Shown here piece by piece: positions 26,208 to 39,700 of a stretch of 64,000 nucleotides of DNA (positions are counted from its first letter, which is position 1; each line of letters opens with the position of its first letter). The DNA is from Eledone cirrhosa (Eukaryota). The position numbers were made by a program, and so were the translations under genes. The notes beneath the pieces were generated by a model that was not told where the DNA came from, searched no databases, and saw only the letters and a program-made list of their open reading frames with translations. Where the stretch lies: positions 31,248,001 through 31,312,000 of the forward strand of contig OZ024742.1 of the NCBI GenBank assembly GCA_964016885.1, given 5' to 3'.

Positions 26208-27173
26208 ATGGTTGGATGGATGGTTGGTTGGTTGGTTGGTGAGTTGGTTAGTTGGTTGGATGGTTGGATGGTTGGTGGGTTGGTGAGTTGGTTGGTTGGG
26301 TGGTTGGATGGTTGGTGGGTTGATTGGTGGATGGTTGGTGGATGGTTGGATGGTTGGTTGGTGAGTTGGTTGGTTAGTTGGTTGGATGGTTGGTGGGTTG
26401 GTGAGTTGGTTGGTTGGTTGGTTGGTTGGATGGTTGGTGGGTTGATTGGTGGATGGTTGGTGGATGGTTGGATGGTTGGTTGGTGAGTTGGTTGGTTGTT
26501 TGGATGGTTGGTGGGTTGGTGAGTTGGTTGGTTGGTTGGATGGTTGGTGGGTTGGTGAGTTGGTTGGTTGGTTGGATGGTTGGTGGGTTGGTTGGTTGGT
26601 GAGTTGGTTGGTTGGTTGGTGGGTTGGTGGGTTGGTTGGTTGGTTGGATGGTTGGTGGGTTGGTGAGTTGGTTGGTTGGTTGGATGGTTGGTGGGTTGGT
26701 TGGTTGGTGAGTTGGTTGGTTGGTTGGTGGGTTGGTGGGTTGGTTGGTGGATGGTTGTTGGATGGTTGGTTGTATGGTGAGTTGGTTGGTTGGATGGTTG
26801 GATGGTTGGTTGTATGGTGAGTTGGTTGGTTGGATGGTTGGATGGTTGGTTGTATGGTGAGTTGGTTGGTTGGATGGTTGGATGGTCGGTGGGTTGATTG
26901 GTGGATGGTTGGTGGATGGTTGGATGGTTGGTGGGTTGATTGGTGGATGGTTGGTGGATGGTTGGATGGTTGGTGGGTTGATTGGTGGATGGTTGGTGGA
27001 TGGTTGGATGGTTGGTGGGTTGATTGGTGGATGGTTGGTGGATGGTTGGATGGTTGGTTGGTTGGTGAGTTGGCTGGTTGGTTGTATGGTGGGTTGGTTG
27101 GTTGGTTGGTTGATTAGTGGATGGTTGGTGGATGGTTGGATGGTTGGTGGGTTGGTGGATGGTTGGATGGTTG
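26208..27173. repeat. Degenerate (GGTT)n/(GGAT)n tetranucleotide satellite
   Basis: Direct reading. Confidence 0.95.
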
Positions 27174-27296
27174 GAGATATCTAGATAGGTTAACAGGTAT
27201 GTAAGTAAGTAGGTAGGTCAGCCATCAGGTAAGAAGATAGGCAAGAGGATAAAGACGAAAGTAGGTTATATAGAAATATATAGGTAGATAGATATG

Positions 27297-30200
27297 TTTC
27301 TTTTATTTGCCACAAGGGCATCAAAAGTGGGACAAGTACAATGGGGGGAGTTTACAAAACAAGGCGTCCTCAATAGGGAGGAGGCAATAACAATATATAA
27401 AAATAAAATAAAATATAACAAAAAATAGAATTATAACAAAATCCTCAATAGAGGATTTTGTTATAAAATATAACAAAAAATAAAATTTATAACAAAATCC
27501 TCAATAGAGAGGAGGCGCCTTGGGGGGTCGCACACACCCCCGAAAAAAGTGTGCAACCCTTCTCCTCAGGAGCACAGAGAAGGGGTGCTCCCTTGGTCTT
27601 TCATCTTCCTCACCTATAGTCTGATGTAGAGTGAAGGCCCATTCACACGGGCCATTCTCGCCACTTTCACCCATCTTTCATAGAAACGGCTGGGGTGCAG
27701 CACCTCTCTCTCCATCCTGATCCTTCTTCCGAAATGATATCGGAAGAAACGGACCAGTTGTTGGCCAGAGAGAAAGGTGCCTGACCTCAGTCCTTTCAGA
27801 CGCGTCCACCATACAACCTCTTTCGCCATGGCTATTACGCACAGAAATACCGCCTCTGCTTCATCTTTGAAGGGGGGAGGCGGCTTGATCATTACAATAG
27901 ACTCGGTGGTCAACCGGATCGGTCCCACCCTTGACAGCAGTTGTTCGACATAGCCCCACAGATCGGCTACGCCCGAGCAGTGTACCAATGCGTGTGCAAC
28001 GGTTTCCTCGTCGCACACGCATCTGGGACAGATCTTTTTGGCGGGGTCCCTACCCGGGCGCCCATGTCTGTAGAGCCTTTCTCGAACGGGTAAAGCCCCT
28101 CGGTAGCACTGCCAGGCCAGGGACTTCTGGAAGTTGTCCATAGGTCCCGGGCTGAATGTCCTACCGAACAGGCTGGCCAGTTCGTCCTCCTCCATGTCTA
28201 GGGCTTCTCCGAGGGCGTCGTCGCACCTGCTGCGCACCAGCCCTCTATAGAATGTTGCGGTGGAGTCTCCACTGATAACCGGATCCGCCTGCCAGAGGGC
28301 GGTGAGCGCCTGGGCACACTCAGTGTGCCAGGCGCCCAGTTTTCTCGGTCTTTGCTTGACCCAGGATTGCAGCTCGGTGAGTGAGACGAGTCTGGGAAAG
28401 GTTCGTCTCACAAACGAGGCCCACACCGGTTGTCCGGTGAGGAATACGTAGAGGTGCCGTAGCCTTAATGCGTGTTTACGCATCATTAGCCACGGCATCC
28501 CCAGCCCTCCTTTCGAAGGGTGTTGACAGCAGATGGATCTCCTCACCATAGGAGCCCGCCTCTTCCAAAGGAATTGGAAGAGCGCGCGCTCCATCTTGGT
28601 GAGGGTTTCCCTTGGGCAGGGCACTACGGTCAGGCGGTAGTAGATGACGGACGCTATGTAGGTGTTCGCCACCTCCGCCCGACCTTTCAGGGATAGTTTG
28701 CAACTGGCCCACCTCTGGGTCAGTGCAAACACCCTGTTCGTAACCTCCGCCCAGTTTTTCTCCACCTGGAGGTCCGGTCCGAACCAGACCCCGAGCAACT
28801 TCACCGGGCCCTCCGTTCAGCGTCCGACGACGCCATCGGAGGGCATCGGTCTGCCCCTCCACGTGCCGAGTTGCAAACCGATCGACTTGTCCCGGTTCAG
28901 CTTAGCCCCTGTGAACTTTTCGTACTCCTCCAGTAAGGTGCCGACCGCCTCGATTTCGGAGGCCGTCGACACCATTACTGTCACGTCATCGGCGTAGGCC
29001 GACACCGCTTTCCGCAATCCCGGTTCCAAAGGGATGCCCTGCAACAACTCCAACTTCCGCAGTAGTGGCTCGAGAGTCAACACATACAGAAGGGAGGAGA
29101 GAGGGCACCCTTGTCGGATGGACCGCGCGATTTTGAACGGCTCCGAGAGGTAGCCGTTCACCTTGACCCTAGAGCAGATGCGGCTGCTGTGCATAGCAGT
29201 GATCCAGCCCCTGAAAACGGGTCCGAAGCCTGCCGCCGCTAGCACCGCATCCAGGTAACCATGGTCGACCCTATCGAACGCCTTAGATTGATCCAAGTTG
29301 ATCAGAGCCCCACCAAAGCCGGGTTCGTTCCCAACCCTCTCTATGATGTATCGCATGAGGTGGAGGTTGTCATGGATGGACCTGGACGGGATAGCGCATG
29401 TCTGCGCATCTCCCACCAGGTTGCCCACGACAAGCGCCAACCTCTTTGCTAGCACCTTGGCCAAAATCTGTAACTCTGTATTTAGCAGTGTTATGGGCCT
29501 GAAGTTACTTATTTCGTCCCCCTTGTTCTCGTCCTTCCTCACTAGCGTGACTACGCCCTTGGTCACAGTACAGGGAATTCTCCCGTTCTGTTGCCAGTTG
29601 CAGTAGACCGCCTCGAGGAGATCGGGGAACAAGTCCGGCATAGCTAGATATAATTCGTAAGGAAGACCATCGAGACCCGGGGATTTGCGTTTGCCGCATT
29701 GGCTCAGCACGTCCTCTATCTCAGCGGCCGAAATCGGCTCCTCGCAGGACTTCGCCTCCCTGTCCGAGAGGCGCGGCAGGCCGTCGAGGTATGGACCGAA
29801 GTCCACGTTCCCAACCGGCTCCCCGCCCCTCCCGAACAGTCGGGCAAAGTGCCTTTGAAAGGCCTCACACATCTGCTTAGGCTCAAGAATCGCCCGTCCA
29901 TCCAGGTCTCGCAAAGACCGGATGGTGGATTTAGTTCCACTGTTGGCCTCTGTCACGCGGGCCCAGCTAACAGCTTTTGTCCCCTCGTTCCCTAGAGCAC
30001 GTATTTTACTTCGGACAACGCAGCCTTCGTGCTTCGCGTCGAAAAACTGGCTCAAAGCCGTTCTCGACGCTAGCACTCTGGCCACGTCGCCGCTTCTAAT
30101 TGCCTCTTCTACTCTATCTATTAGCTCCCTTTCCTTCCTATTCCTATCTGCAGCTAGAACCTTACTAAATTCTATCGAGACTACTCTAATCTCTCTCTTT

Positions 30201-31929
30201 AGAGATACCCACCACCTGCTGTTGACGATCGCTCCAGTCAACCGTTCCTTAACTAACGTACTAATCCGATTCCTGTAGGCTCTACTTGCCGGCAAGGACA
30301 AGTTGAACTTCCAGTAACCGGGGCCCTGTCTATGAGTTCTGTCGAGGTTGACCATGCAGGTCACTAATTTGTGGTCTGAATAGCCAACAATGCGCATTTT
30401 TGGACAACTTAAAAAGTCCTTATCCTTAATTCTTACTAAGAACCTATCTAGGTACGACCTAGATGATCCGCTACGATTTGCCCAAGTCCAGGTTGGCGCA
30501 GTCGGAAAATCTAGTCGATATCTATCGGCCAGGTCAAATCGACCGATTAACCCTTTGAGGCTATTACACCCCTCTCTATCGGGGCAGGCCCCTACGTAGT
30601 CCCAGCGTGCATCTAGGATACCATTCCAGTCCCCCACTAATAGCAAGGAGCGGGACGTCCCTAGAAAAGTCTCCAGACGATGGAAGAAGTCCGGCCGCAT
30701 TGACCCGAAAGGGCCGTAGGCGGCTACCAACCTAAACGCTCCGCCTTTACCACTGCCAAGGTCCAGAACCACTAGTCGACCCTCCGGGTCCAAATGTACC
30801 ATCTGTGTTGCGAGACCCAGATGTTTTTGCAGCAGAACGACAACTCCACCCCCACCTCCGGGCTGACAGAGAGATGCGTGCATCTCAAAGTCATCAAAGG
30901 TGGGGGCCAGCTGTCGCACGTTGCTGATCCGGGCCTCGCAAATAACCATCACATCTATACGTTGTGACCTGAGGTCATTTAGAAGCATTGCTTGCTTCCA
31001 AGTTGAGCCCAGGCCACGCGCATTTAAACAGCCTACTCTTAGCATAGCCATGTTGGTGGTGAAGAGAAAAGGCACTTACCTCTCTGCGTCCCGGGTATCG
31101 GGCTGCACAATTTCCATTAGGGTGGGGGATGGGTTGTTGGGTGGGGTGGTGGTTTGTGGAAGTGTGGGGGCATCAGTGTGTTGTGTGGTTGGGGAGCTTG
31201 GAGTTGTGAGGGTGTTTGGGGAGGGGGTGGGATAGTTTTTTAGGAGGACGCGGTTAATGGGCCCGACGCAGGGGGGACCCACGTCCTCTTTAAAATTGTT
31301 TTTTAAAGTTTTATAGGTGTCCTGTGGGGCCTTAATCATTTTGAGGTGGGGGAAATCCCCTGCCTGGGTGAAGTTAGGCCCTTGTGTTTTTATTAGATTG
31401 TTGTTGTACACAATGTTTAACAGTTTTTTGTTTCTTGTATTTATGTATGTGTATGCATGTTTTTGTTTTTGTGTGGTGTTTTTTGTTTGCTGTTGTGAGC
31501 TCTTTTGTGTTGGTGTCAGTGTTATGTTTTGGGGAGGGGTTTTTTTCATTTGTGTGTCTGAGGTGTGTTTTCTTTTTTTTCTTTTGATTGTGTGGAAGTG
31601 CTCCTCCTCGTCTGACGACGAACTAGGGTCATCTTCCGCGTTGGAGGGGAGGGGTATATTTTCGGGTTGTGTTTGCGGTACGGGTGTTTTGGAAATTGTT
31701 TTTGTTTTTTGAGTGGAGGGGATGGGTTGGACATTGTTTTGTTTTGGTTTGAGCTGTGGTGGTTGTTTTTGTAGTGGTAGTTGTGGTGATTGTGTTGGTT
31801 GTGCAGTTGTTGGTGGTGTAGGCAGGATTGGGGTTTTCTTATTAAGTTGGGGACAGACAGCCCTCAGGTGACCTCTGGTTCCGCAGAGGTAACACGAGGG
31901 CCGTCTACCCTCAACGGTAATGTTGATGA
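27297..31929 (-). mobile_element. Tx1-clade non-LTR retrotransposon copy 1 (partial ORF1 with zinc knuckle, full-length ORF2 with one nonsense codon)
   Basis: ORF1 CYLCGTRGHLRAVC; ORF2 CLNARGL, GDWN, YSDH, GPGYWKFN, SPGLDGLP, DQSKAFDRV, IRQGCPLS, AYADD, GGLG, CPRC..HALVHC; 3' end AATAAAAGAAA. Confidence 0.93.
27614..31051 (-). pseudogene. Tx1 ORF2 (APE endonuclease-RT-zinc finger), TGG>TGA at 28817-28819
   Basis: ORF-track pieces 28817-31075 and 27614-28804 are in the same frame; copies 2 and 3 read W at this codon. Confidence 0.9.
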
Positions 31930-32286
31930 AGGTAGGTAGGTAGGTAGGTAGGTAGGTAGATAGGTAGGTAGGTAGGTAGGTAGGTAGTTAGGCAAGTAAG
32001 AAGTAAGGAAAGAAGGTAAGACGGTAGGTAGGTAGGTAGATAGGTAGGTAGGTAGGTATGTAGGTAGGTAGGTAGGTGGGTAGGTAGGTAGGTAGGTAGA
32101 TAGGTATGTAGGTAGGTAGGGAGGTAGGTAGGTAGGGAGGTAGGTAGGGTAGTAGGGGGAGGGAGGTAGGTATAGAGGTAAGTAGATAGGTTGGTAGATA
32201 GGTAGGTAGGTAGGTAGGTAAGTAGATAGGTAGGTAGGTAGGTAGGTAGGTAGGTAGGTAGGTAGGTAGGTAAGTAGATAGGTATA
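31930..32286. repeat. (TAGG)n composite satellite segment
   Basis: Contains one copy of the GGCAAGTAAGAAGTAAGGAAAGAAGGTAAGACGG spacer unit. Confidence 0.95.
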
Positions 32287-34201
32287 TTTCTTTTATTTGC
32301 CACTAGGGCATCAAAAGTGGGACAAGTACAAAGGGGGGAGTTTACACAAAAAGGCGTCCTCAATAAGGAGGAGGCAATAACAAAATATAAAAATAAAATA
32401 AGATATAACAAAAAATAAAATTTTTAACAAAATCCTCAATAGAGAGGAGGCGCCTTGGGGGGTCGCACACACCCCCGAAAAAAGTGTGCAACCCTTCTCC
32501 TCAGGAGCACAGAGAAGGGGTGCTCCCTTGGTCTTTCATCTTCCTCACCTATAGTCTGATGTAGAGTGAAGGCCCATTCACACGGGCCATTCTCGCCACT
32601 TTCACCCATCTTTCATAGAAACGGCTGGGGTGCAGCACCTCTCTCTCCATCCTGATCCTTCTTCCGAAATGATATCGGAAGAAACGGACCAGTTGTTGGC
32701 CAGAGAGAAAGGTGCCCGACCTCAGTCCTTTCAGACGCGTCCACCATACAACCTCTTTCGCCATGGCTATTACGCACAGAAACACCGCCTCTGCTTCATC
32801 TTTGAAGGGGGGAGGCGGCTTGATCATTACAATAGACTCGGTGGTCAACCGGATCGGTCCCACCCTTGACAGCAGTTGTTCGACATAGCCCCACAGATCG
32901 GCTACGCCCGAGCAGTGTACTAATGCGTGTGCAACGGTTTCCTCGTCGCACACGCATCTGGGACAGATCTTTTTGGCGGGGTCCCTACCCGGGCGCCCGT
33001 GTCTGTAGAGCCTTTCTCGAACGGGTAAAGCCCCTCGGTAGCACTGCCAGGCCAGGGACTTCTGGAAGTTGTCCATAGGTCCCGGGCTGAATGTCCTACC
33101 GAACAGGCTGGCCAGTTCGTCCTCCTCCATGTCTAGGGCTTCTCCGAGGGCGTCGTCGCACCTGCTGCGTACCAGCCCTCTATAGAATGTTGCGGTGGAG
33201 TCTCCACTGATAACCGGATCCGCCTGCCAGAGGGCGGTGAGCGCCTGGGCACACTCAGTGTGCCAGGCGCCCAGTTTTCTCGGTCTTTGCTTGACCCAGG
33301 ATTGCAGCTCGGTGAGTGAGACGAGTCTGGGAAAGGTTCGTCTCACAAACGAGGCCCACACCGGTTGTCCGGTGAGGAATACGTAGAGGTGCCGTAGCCT
33401 TAATGCGTGTTTACGCATCATTAGCCACGGCATCCCCAGCCCTCCTTTCGAAGGGTGTTGACAGCAGATGGATCTCCTCACCATAGGAGCCCGCCTCTTC
33501 CAAAGGAATTGGAAGAGCGCGCGCTCCATCTTGGTGAGGGTTTCCCTTGGGCAGGGCACTACGGTCAGGCGGTAGTAGATGACGGACGCTATGTAGGTGT
33601 TCGCCACCTCCGCCCGGCCTTTCAGGGATAGTTTGCAACTGGCCCACTTCTGGGTCAGTGCAAACACCCTGTTCGTAACCTCCGCCCAGTTTTTCTCCAC
33701 CTGGAGGTCCGGTCCGAACCAGACCCCGAGCAACTTCACCGGGCCCTCCGTCCAGCGTCCGACGACGCTATCGGAGGGCATCGGTCTGCCCCTCCACGTG
33801 CCGAGTTGCAAACCGATCGACTTGTCCCGGTTCAGCTTAGCCCCTGTGAACTTTTCGTACTCCTCCAGTAAGGTGCCGACCGCCTCGATTTCGGAGGCCG
33901 TCGACACCATTACTGTCACGTCATCGGCGTAGGCCGACACCGCTTTCCGCAATCCCGGTTCCAAAGGGATGCCCTGCAACAACTCCAACTTCCGCAGTAG
34001 TGGCTCGAGAGTCAACACATACAGAAGGGAGGAGAGAGGGCACCCTTGTCGGATGGACCGCGCGATTTTGAACGGCTCCGAGAGGTAGCCGTTCACCTTG
34101 ACCCCAGAGCAGATGCGGCTGCTGTGCATAGCAGTGATCCAGCCCCTGAAAACGGGTCCGAAGCCTGCCGCCGCTAGCACCGCATCCAGGTAACCATGGT
34201 C
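32287..34201 (-). mobile_element. Tx1-clade copy 2, 5'-truncated inside RT
   Basis: Near-identical to copy 1; open 543-aa frame 32549-34180. Confidence 0.93.
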
Positions 34202-36792
34202 AGGTAGGTAGGTAGGTAGGTAGGCAAGTAAGAAGTAAGGAAAGAAGGTAAGACGGTAGGTAGGTAGGTAGATAGGTAGATAGGTAGGTAGTTAGGTAGG
34301 TAGGTAGATAGGTAGGTAGGTAGGTAGGTAGGTAGGTAGGTAGGTAGGTAGGTAGGTAGGTAGGTAGGTAGGTAGGTAGGTAGGTAAGTAGGTAGGTAGG
34401 TAGGTAGGTAGGTAGGTAGGTAGGTAGGTAGGTAGGTAGGTAGGTAGGTAGGTAGGTAGGCAGGCAAGTAGGTAGGTAGGTAGGTAGGCAAGTAAGAAGT
34501 AAGGAAAGAAGGTAAGACGGAAGGTAGATAGGTAGGTAGGTAGGTAGGTAGGTAGGTAGGTAGGTAGGTAGGTATGTAGGTAGGTAGGTAGGTAGGTAGG
34601 TAGGTAGGTAGGTAGGTAGGCAAGTAAGAAGTAAGGAAAGAAGGTAAGACGGAAAGTAGATAGGTAGGTAGGTAGGTAGGTAGGTAGGTAAGTAGGTAGG
34701 TAGGTAGGTAGGTAGGTAGGTAGGTAGGTAGGCAGGCAAGTAGGTAGGTAGGTAGGTAGGCAAGTAAGAAGTAAGGAAAGAAGGTAAGACGGAAAGTAGA
34801 TAGGTAGGTAGGTAGGTAGGTAGGTAGGTAGGTAGGTAGGTAGGTAGGTAGGTAGGTAGGTAGGTAGGCAGGCAAGTAGGTAGGTAGGTAGGTAGGCAAG
34901 TAAGAAGTAAGGAAAGAAGGTAAGACGGAAAGTAGATAGGTAGGTAGGTAGGTAGGTAGGTAGGTAGGTAGGTAGGTAGGTAGGTAGGTAAGTAGGTAGG
35001 TAGGTAGGTAGGTAGGTAGGTAGGTAGGTAGGTAGGTAGGTAGGTAGGTAGGTAGGTAGGCAAGTAGGTAGGTAGGTAGGTAGGCAAGTAAGAAGTAAGG
35101 AAAGAAGGTAAGACGGAAAGTAGATAGGTAGGTAGGTAGGTAGGTAGGTAGGTAGGTAGGTAGGTAGGTAGGTAAGTAGGTATGTAGGTAGGTAGGTAGG
35201 TAGGTAGGTAGGTAGGTAGGTAGGCAGGCAAGTAGGTAGGTAGGTAGGTAGGCAAGTAAAAAGTAAGGAAAGAAGGTAAGACGGAAGGTAGATAGGTAGG
35301 TAGGTAGGTAGGTAGGTAGGTAGGTAGTTAGGCAAGTAAGAAGTAAGGAAAGAAGGTAAGACGGTAGGTAGGTAGGTAGGTAGATAGGTAGATAGGTAGG
35401 TAGGTAGGTAGGTAGGTAGATAGGTAGGTAGGTAGGTAGGTAGGTAGGTAGGTAGGTAGGTAGGTAGGTAGGTAGGTAGGTAGGTAGGCAGGCAAGTAGG
35501 TAGGTAGGTAGGTAGGCAAGTAAGAAGTAAGGAAAGAAGGTAAGACGGAAAGTAGATAGGTAGGTAGGTAGGTAGGTAGGTAGGTAGGTAGGTAGGTAGG
35601 TAAGTAGGTAGGTAGGTAGGTAGGTAGGTAGGTAGGTAGGTAGGTAGGTAGGTAGGTAGGCAGGCAAGTAGGTAGGTAGGTAGGTAGGCAAGTAAGAAGT
35701 AAGGAAAGAAGGTAAGACGGAAGGTAGATAGGTAGGTAGGTAGGTAGGTAGGTAGGTAGGTAGTTAGGCAAGTAAGAAGTAAGGAAAGAAGGTAAGACGG
35801 TAGGTAGGTAGGTAGGTAGATAGGTAGATAGGTAGGTAGGTAGGTAGGTAGGTAGATAGGTAGGTAGGTAGGTAGGTAGGTAGGTAGGTAGGTAGGTAGG
35901 TAGGTAGGTAAGTAGGTAGGTAGGTAGGTAGGTAGGTAGGTAGGTAGGTAGGTAGGTAGGTAGGCAGGCAAGTAGGTAGGTAGGTAGGTAGGCAAGTAAG
36001 AAGTAAGGAAAGAAGGTAAGACGGAAGGTAGATAGGTAGGTAGGTAGGTAGGTAGGTAGGTAGGTAGGTAGGTAGGTAGGTATGTAGGTAGGTAGGTAGG
36101 TAGGTAGGTAGGCAAGTAAGAAGTAAGGAAAGAAGGTAAGACGGAAAGTAGATAGGTAGGTAGGTAGGTAGGTAGGTAGGTAGGTAGGTAGGTAGGTAGG
36201 TAGGTAGGTAGGCAGGCAAGTAGGTAGGTAGGTAGGCAAGTAAGAAGTAAGGAAAGAAGGTAAGACGGAAAGTAGATAGGTAGGTAGGTAGGTAGGTAGG
36301 TAGGTAGGTAAGTAGGTAGGTAGGTAGGTAGGTAGCTAGGTAGGTAGGTAGGTAGGTAGGTAGGTAGGCAAGTAGGTAGGTAGGTAGGTAGGTAGGTAGG
36401 TAGGTAGGTAGGTAGGTAGGTAGGCAAGTAGGTAGGTAGGTAGGTAGGTAGGTAAGTAGGTAGGTAGGTAGGTAGGTAGGTAGGTAGGTAGGTAGGTAGG
36501 TAGGTAAGTAGGTAGGTAGGTAGGTAGGTAGGTAGGTAGGCAAGTAGGTAGGTAGGTAGGTAGGTAGGTAGGTAGGTAGGTAGGTAGGTAAGTAGGTAGG
36601 TAGGTAGGTAGGTAGGTAGGTAGGTAGGTAGGTAGGTAGGCAAGTAGGTAGGTAGGTAGGTAGGTAGGTAGGTAGGTAGGTAGGTAGGTAGGCAAGTAGG
36701 TAGGTAGGTAGGTAGGTAGGCAAGTAGGTAGGTAGGTAGGTAGGCAAGTAAGAAGTAAGGAAAGAAGGTAAGACGGAAAGTAGATAGGTATA
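34202..36792. repeat. (TAGG)n composite satellite with about 15 copies of a purine-rich spacer unit
   Basis: GGCAAGTAAGAAGTAAGGAAAGAAGGTAAGACGG(AAAGTAGA) separated by variable-length TAGG runs. Confidence 0.95.
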
Positions 36793-39700
36793 TTTCTTTT
36801 ATTTGCCACTAGGGCATCAAAAGTGGGACAAGTACAAAGGGGGGAGTTTACACAAAAAGGCGTCCTCAATAAGGAGGAGGCAATAACAAAATATAAAAAT
36901 AAAATAAGATATAACAAAAAATAAAATTTTTAACAAAATCCTCAATAGAGAGGAGGCGCCTTGGGGGGTCGCACACACCCCCGAAAAAAGTGTGCAACCC
37001 TTCTCCTCAGGAGCACAGAGAAGGGGTGCTCCCTTGGTCTTTCATCTTCCTCACCTATAGTCTGATGTAGAGTGAAGGCCCATTCACACGGGCCATTCTC
37101 GCCACTTTCACCCATCTTTCATAGAAACGGCTGGGGTGCAGCACCTCTCTCTCCATCCTGATCCTTCTTCCGAAATGATATCGGAAGAAACGGACCAGTT
37201 GTTGGCCAGAGAGAAAGGTGCCTGACCTCAGTCCTTTCAGACGCGTCCACCATACAACCTCTTTCGCCATGGCTATTACGCACAGAAACACCGCCTCTGC
37301 TTCATCTTTGAAGGGGGGAGGCGGCTTGATCATTACAATAGACTCGGTGGTCAACCGGATCGGTTCCACCCTTGACAGCAGTTGTTCGACATAGCCCCAC
37401 AGATCGGCTACGCCCGAGCAGTGTACCAATGCGTGTGCAACGGTTTCCTCGTCGCACACGCATCTGGGACAGATCTTTTTGGCGGGGTCCCTACCCGGGC
37501 GCCCGTGTCTGTAGAGCCTTTCTCGAACGGGTAAAGCCCCTCGGTAGCACTGCCAGGCCAGGGACTTCTGGAAGTTGTCCATAGGTCCCGGGCTGAATGT
37601 CCTACCGAACAGGCTGGCCAGTTCGTCCTCCTCCATGTCTAGGGCTTCTCCGAGGGCGTCGTCGCACCTGCTGCGTACCAGCCCTCTATAGAATGTTGCG
37701 GTGGAGTCTCCACTGATAACCGGATCCGCCTGCCAGAGGGCGGTGAGCGCCTGGGCACACTCAGTGTGCCAGGCGCCCAGTTTTCTCGGTCTTTGCTTGA
37801 CCCAGGATTGCAGCTCGGTGAGTGAGACGAGTCTGGGAAAGGTTCGCCTCACAAACGAGGCCCACACCGGTTGTCCGGTGAGGAATACGTAGAGGTGCCG
37901 TAGCCTTAATGCGTGTTTACGCATCATTAGCCACGGCATCCCCAGCCCTCCTTTCGAAGGGTGTTGACAGCAGATGGATCTCCTCACCATAGGAGCCCGC
38001 CTCTTCCAAAGGAATTGGAAGAGCGCGCGCTCCATCTTGGTGAGGGTTTCCCTTGGGCAGGGCACTACGGTCAGGCGGTAGTAGATGACGGACGCTATGT
38101 AGGTGTTCGCCACCTCCGCCCGACCTTTCAGGGATAGTTTGCAACTGGCCCACTTCTGGGTCAGTGCAAACACCCTGTTCGTAACCTCCGCCCAGTTTTT
38201 CTCCACCTGGAGGTCCGGTCCGAACCAGACCCCGAGCAACTTCACCGGGCCCTCCGTCCAGCGTCCGACGACGCCATCGGAGGGCATCGGTCTGCCCCTC
38301 CACGTGCCGAGTTGCAAACCGATCGACTTGTCCCGGTTCAGCTTAGCCCCTGTGAACTTTTCGTACTCCTCCAGTAAGGTGCCGACCGCCTCGATTTCGG
38401 AGGCCGTCGACACCATTACTGTCACGTCATCGGCGTAGGCCGACACCGCTTTCCGCAATCCCGGTTCCAAAGGGATGCCCTGCAACAACTCCAACTTCCG
38501 CAGTAGTGGCTCGAGAGTCAACACATACAGAAGGGAGGAGAGAGGGCACCCCTGTCGGATGGACCGCGCGATTTTGAACGGCTCCGAGAGGTAGCCGTTC
38601 ACCTTGACCCTAGAGCAGATGCGGCTGCTGTGCATAGCAGTGATCCAGCCCCTGAAAACGGGTCCGAAGCCTGCCGCCGCTAGCACCGCATCCAGGTAAC
38701 CATGGTCGACCCTATCGAACGCCTTAGATTGATCCAAGTTGATCAGAGCCCCACCAAAGCCGGGTTCGTTCCCAACCCTCTCTATGATGTATCGCATGAG
38801 GTGGAGGTTGTCATGGATGGACCTGGACGGGATAGCGCATGTCTGCGCATCTCCCACCAGGTTGCCCACGACAAGCGCCAACCTCTTTGCTAGCACCTTG
38901 GCCAAAATCTGTAACTCTGTATTTAGCAGAGTTATGGGCCTGAAGTTACTTATTTCGTCCCCTTTGTTCTCGTCCTTCCTCACTAGCGTGACTACGCCCT
39001 TGGTCACAGTACAGGGAATTCTCCCATTCTGTTGCCAGTTGCAGTAGACCGCCTCGAGGAGATCGGGGAACAAGTCCGGCATAGCTAGATATAATTCGTA
39101 AGGAAGACCATCGAGACCCGGGGATTTGCGTTTGCCGCATTGGCTCAGCACGTCCTCTATCTCAGCGGCCGAAATCGGCTCCTCGCAGGACTTCGCCTCC
39201 CTGTCCGAGAGGCGCGGCAGGCCGTCGAGGTATGGACCGAAGTCCACGTTCCCAACCGGCTCCCCGCCCCTCCCGAACAGTCGGGCAAAGTGCCTTTGAA
39301 AGGCCTCACACATCTGCTTAGGCTCAAGAATCGCCCGTCCATCCAGGTCTCGCAAAGACCGGATGGTGGATTTAGTTCCACTGTTGGCCTCTGTCACGCG
39401 GGCCCAGCTAACAGCTTTGGTCCCCTCGTTCCCTAGAGCACGTATTTTACTTCGGACAACGCAGCCTTCGTGCTTCGCGTCGAAAAACTGGCTCAAAGCC
39501 GTTCTCGACGCTAGCACTCTGGCCACGTCGCCGCTTCTAATTGCCTCTTCTACTCTATCTATTAGCTCCCTTTCCTTCCTATTCCTATCCGCAGCTAGAA
39601 CCTTACTAAATTCTATCGAGACTACTCTAATCTCTCTCTTTAGAGATACCCACCACCTGCTGTTGACGATCGCTCCAGTCAACCGTTCCTTAACTAACGT

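Noticed and set aside
26208-27184. Trp/Gly-rich ORFs and possible telomeric repeat
   Set aside because: GGTT/GGAT microsatellite; not TTAGGG or TTAGG
27931-30599. Plus-strand ORFs overlapping the Tx1 copies
   Set aside because: Antisense shadows of a GC-rich coding sequence
34174-36917. Long ORFs of up to 783 aa (PTYL repeats)
   Set aside because: Translation of the (CCTA)n satellite; open in all three frames
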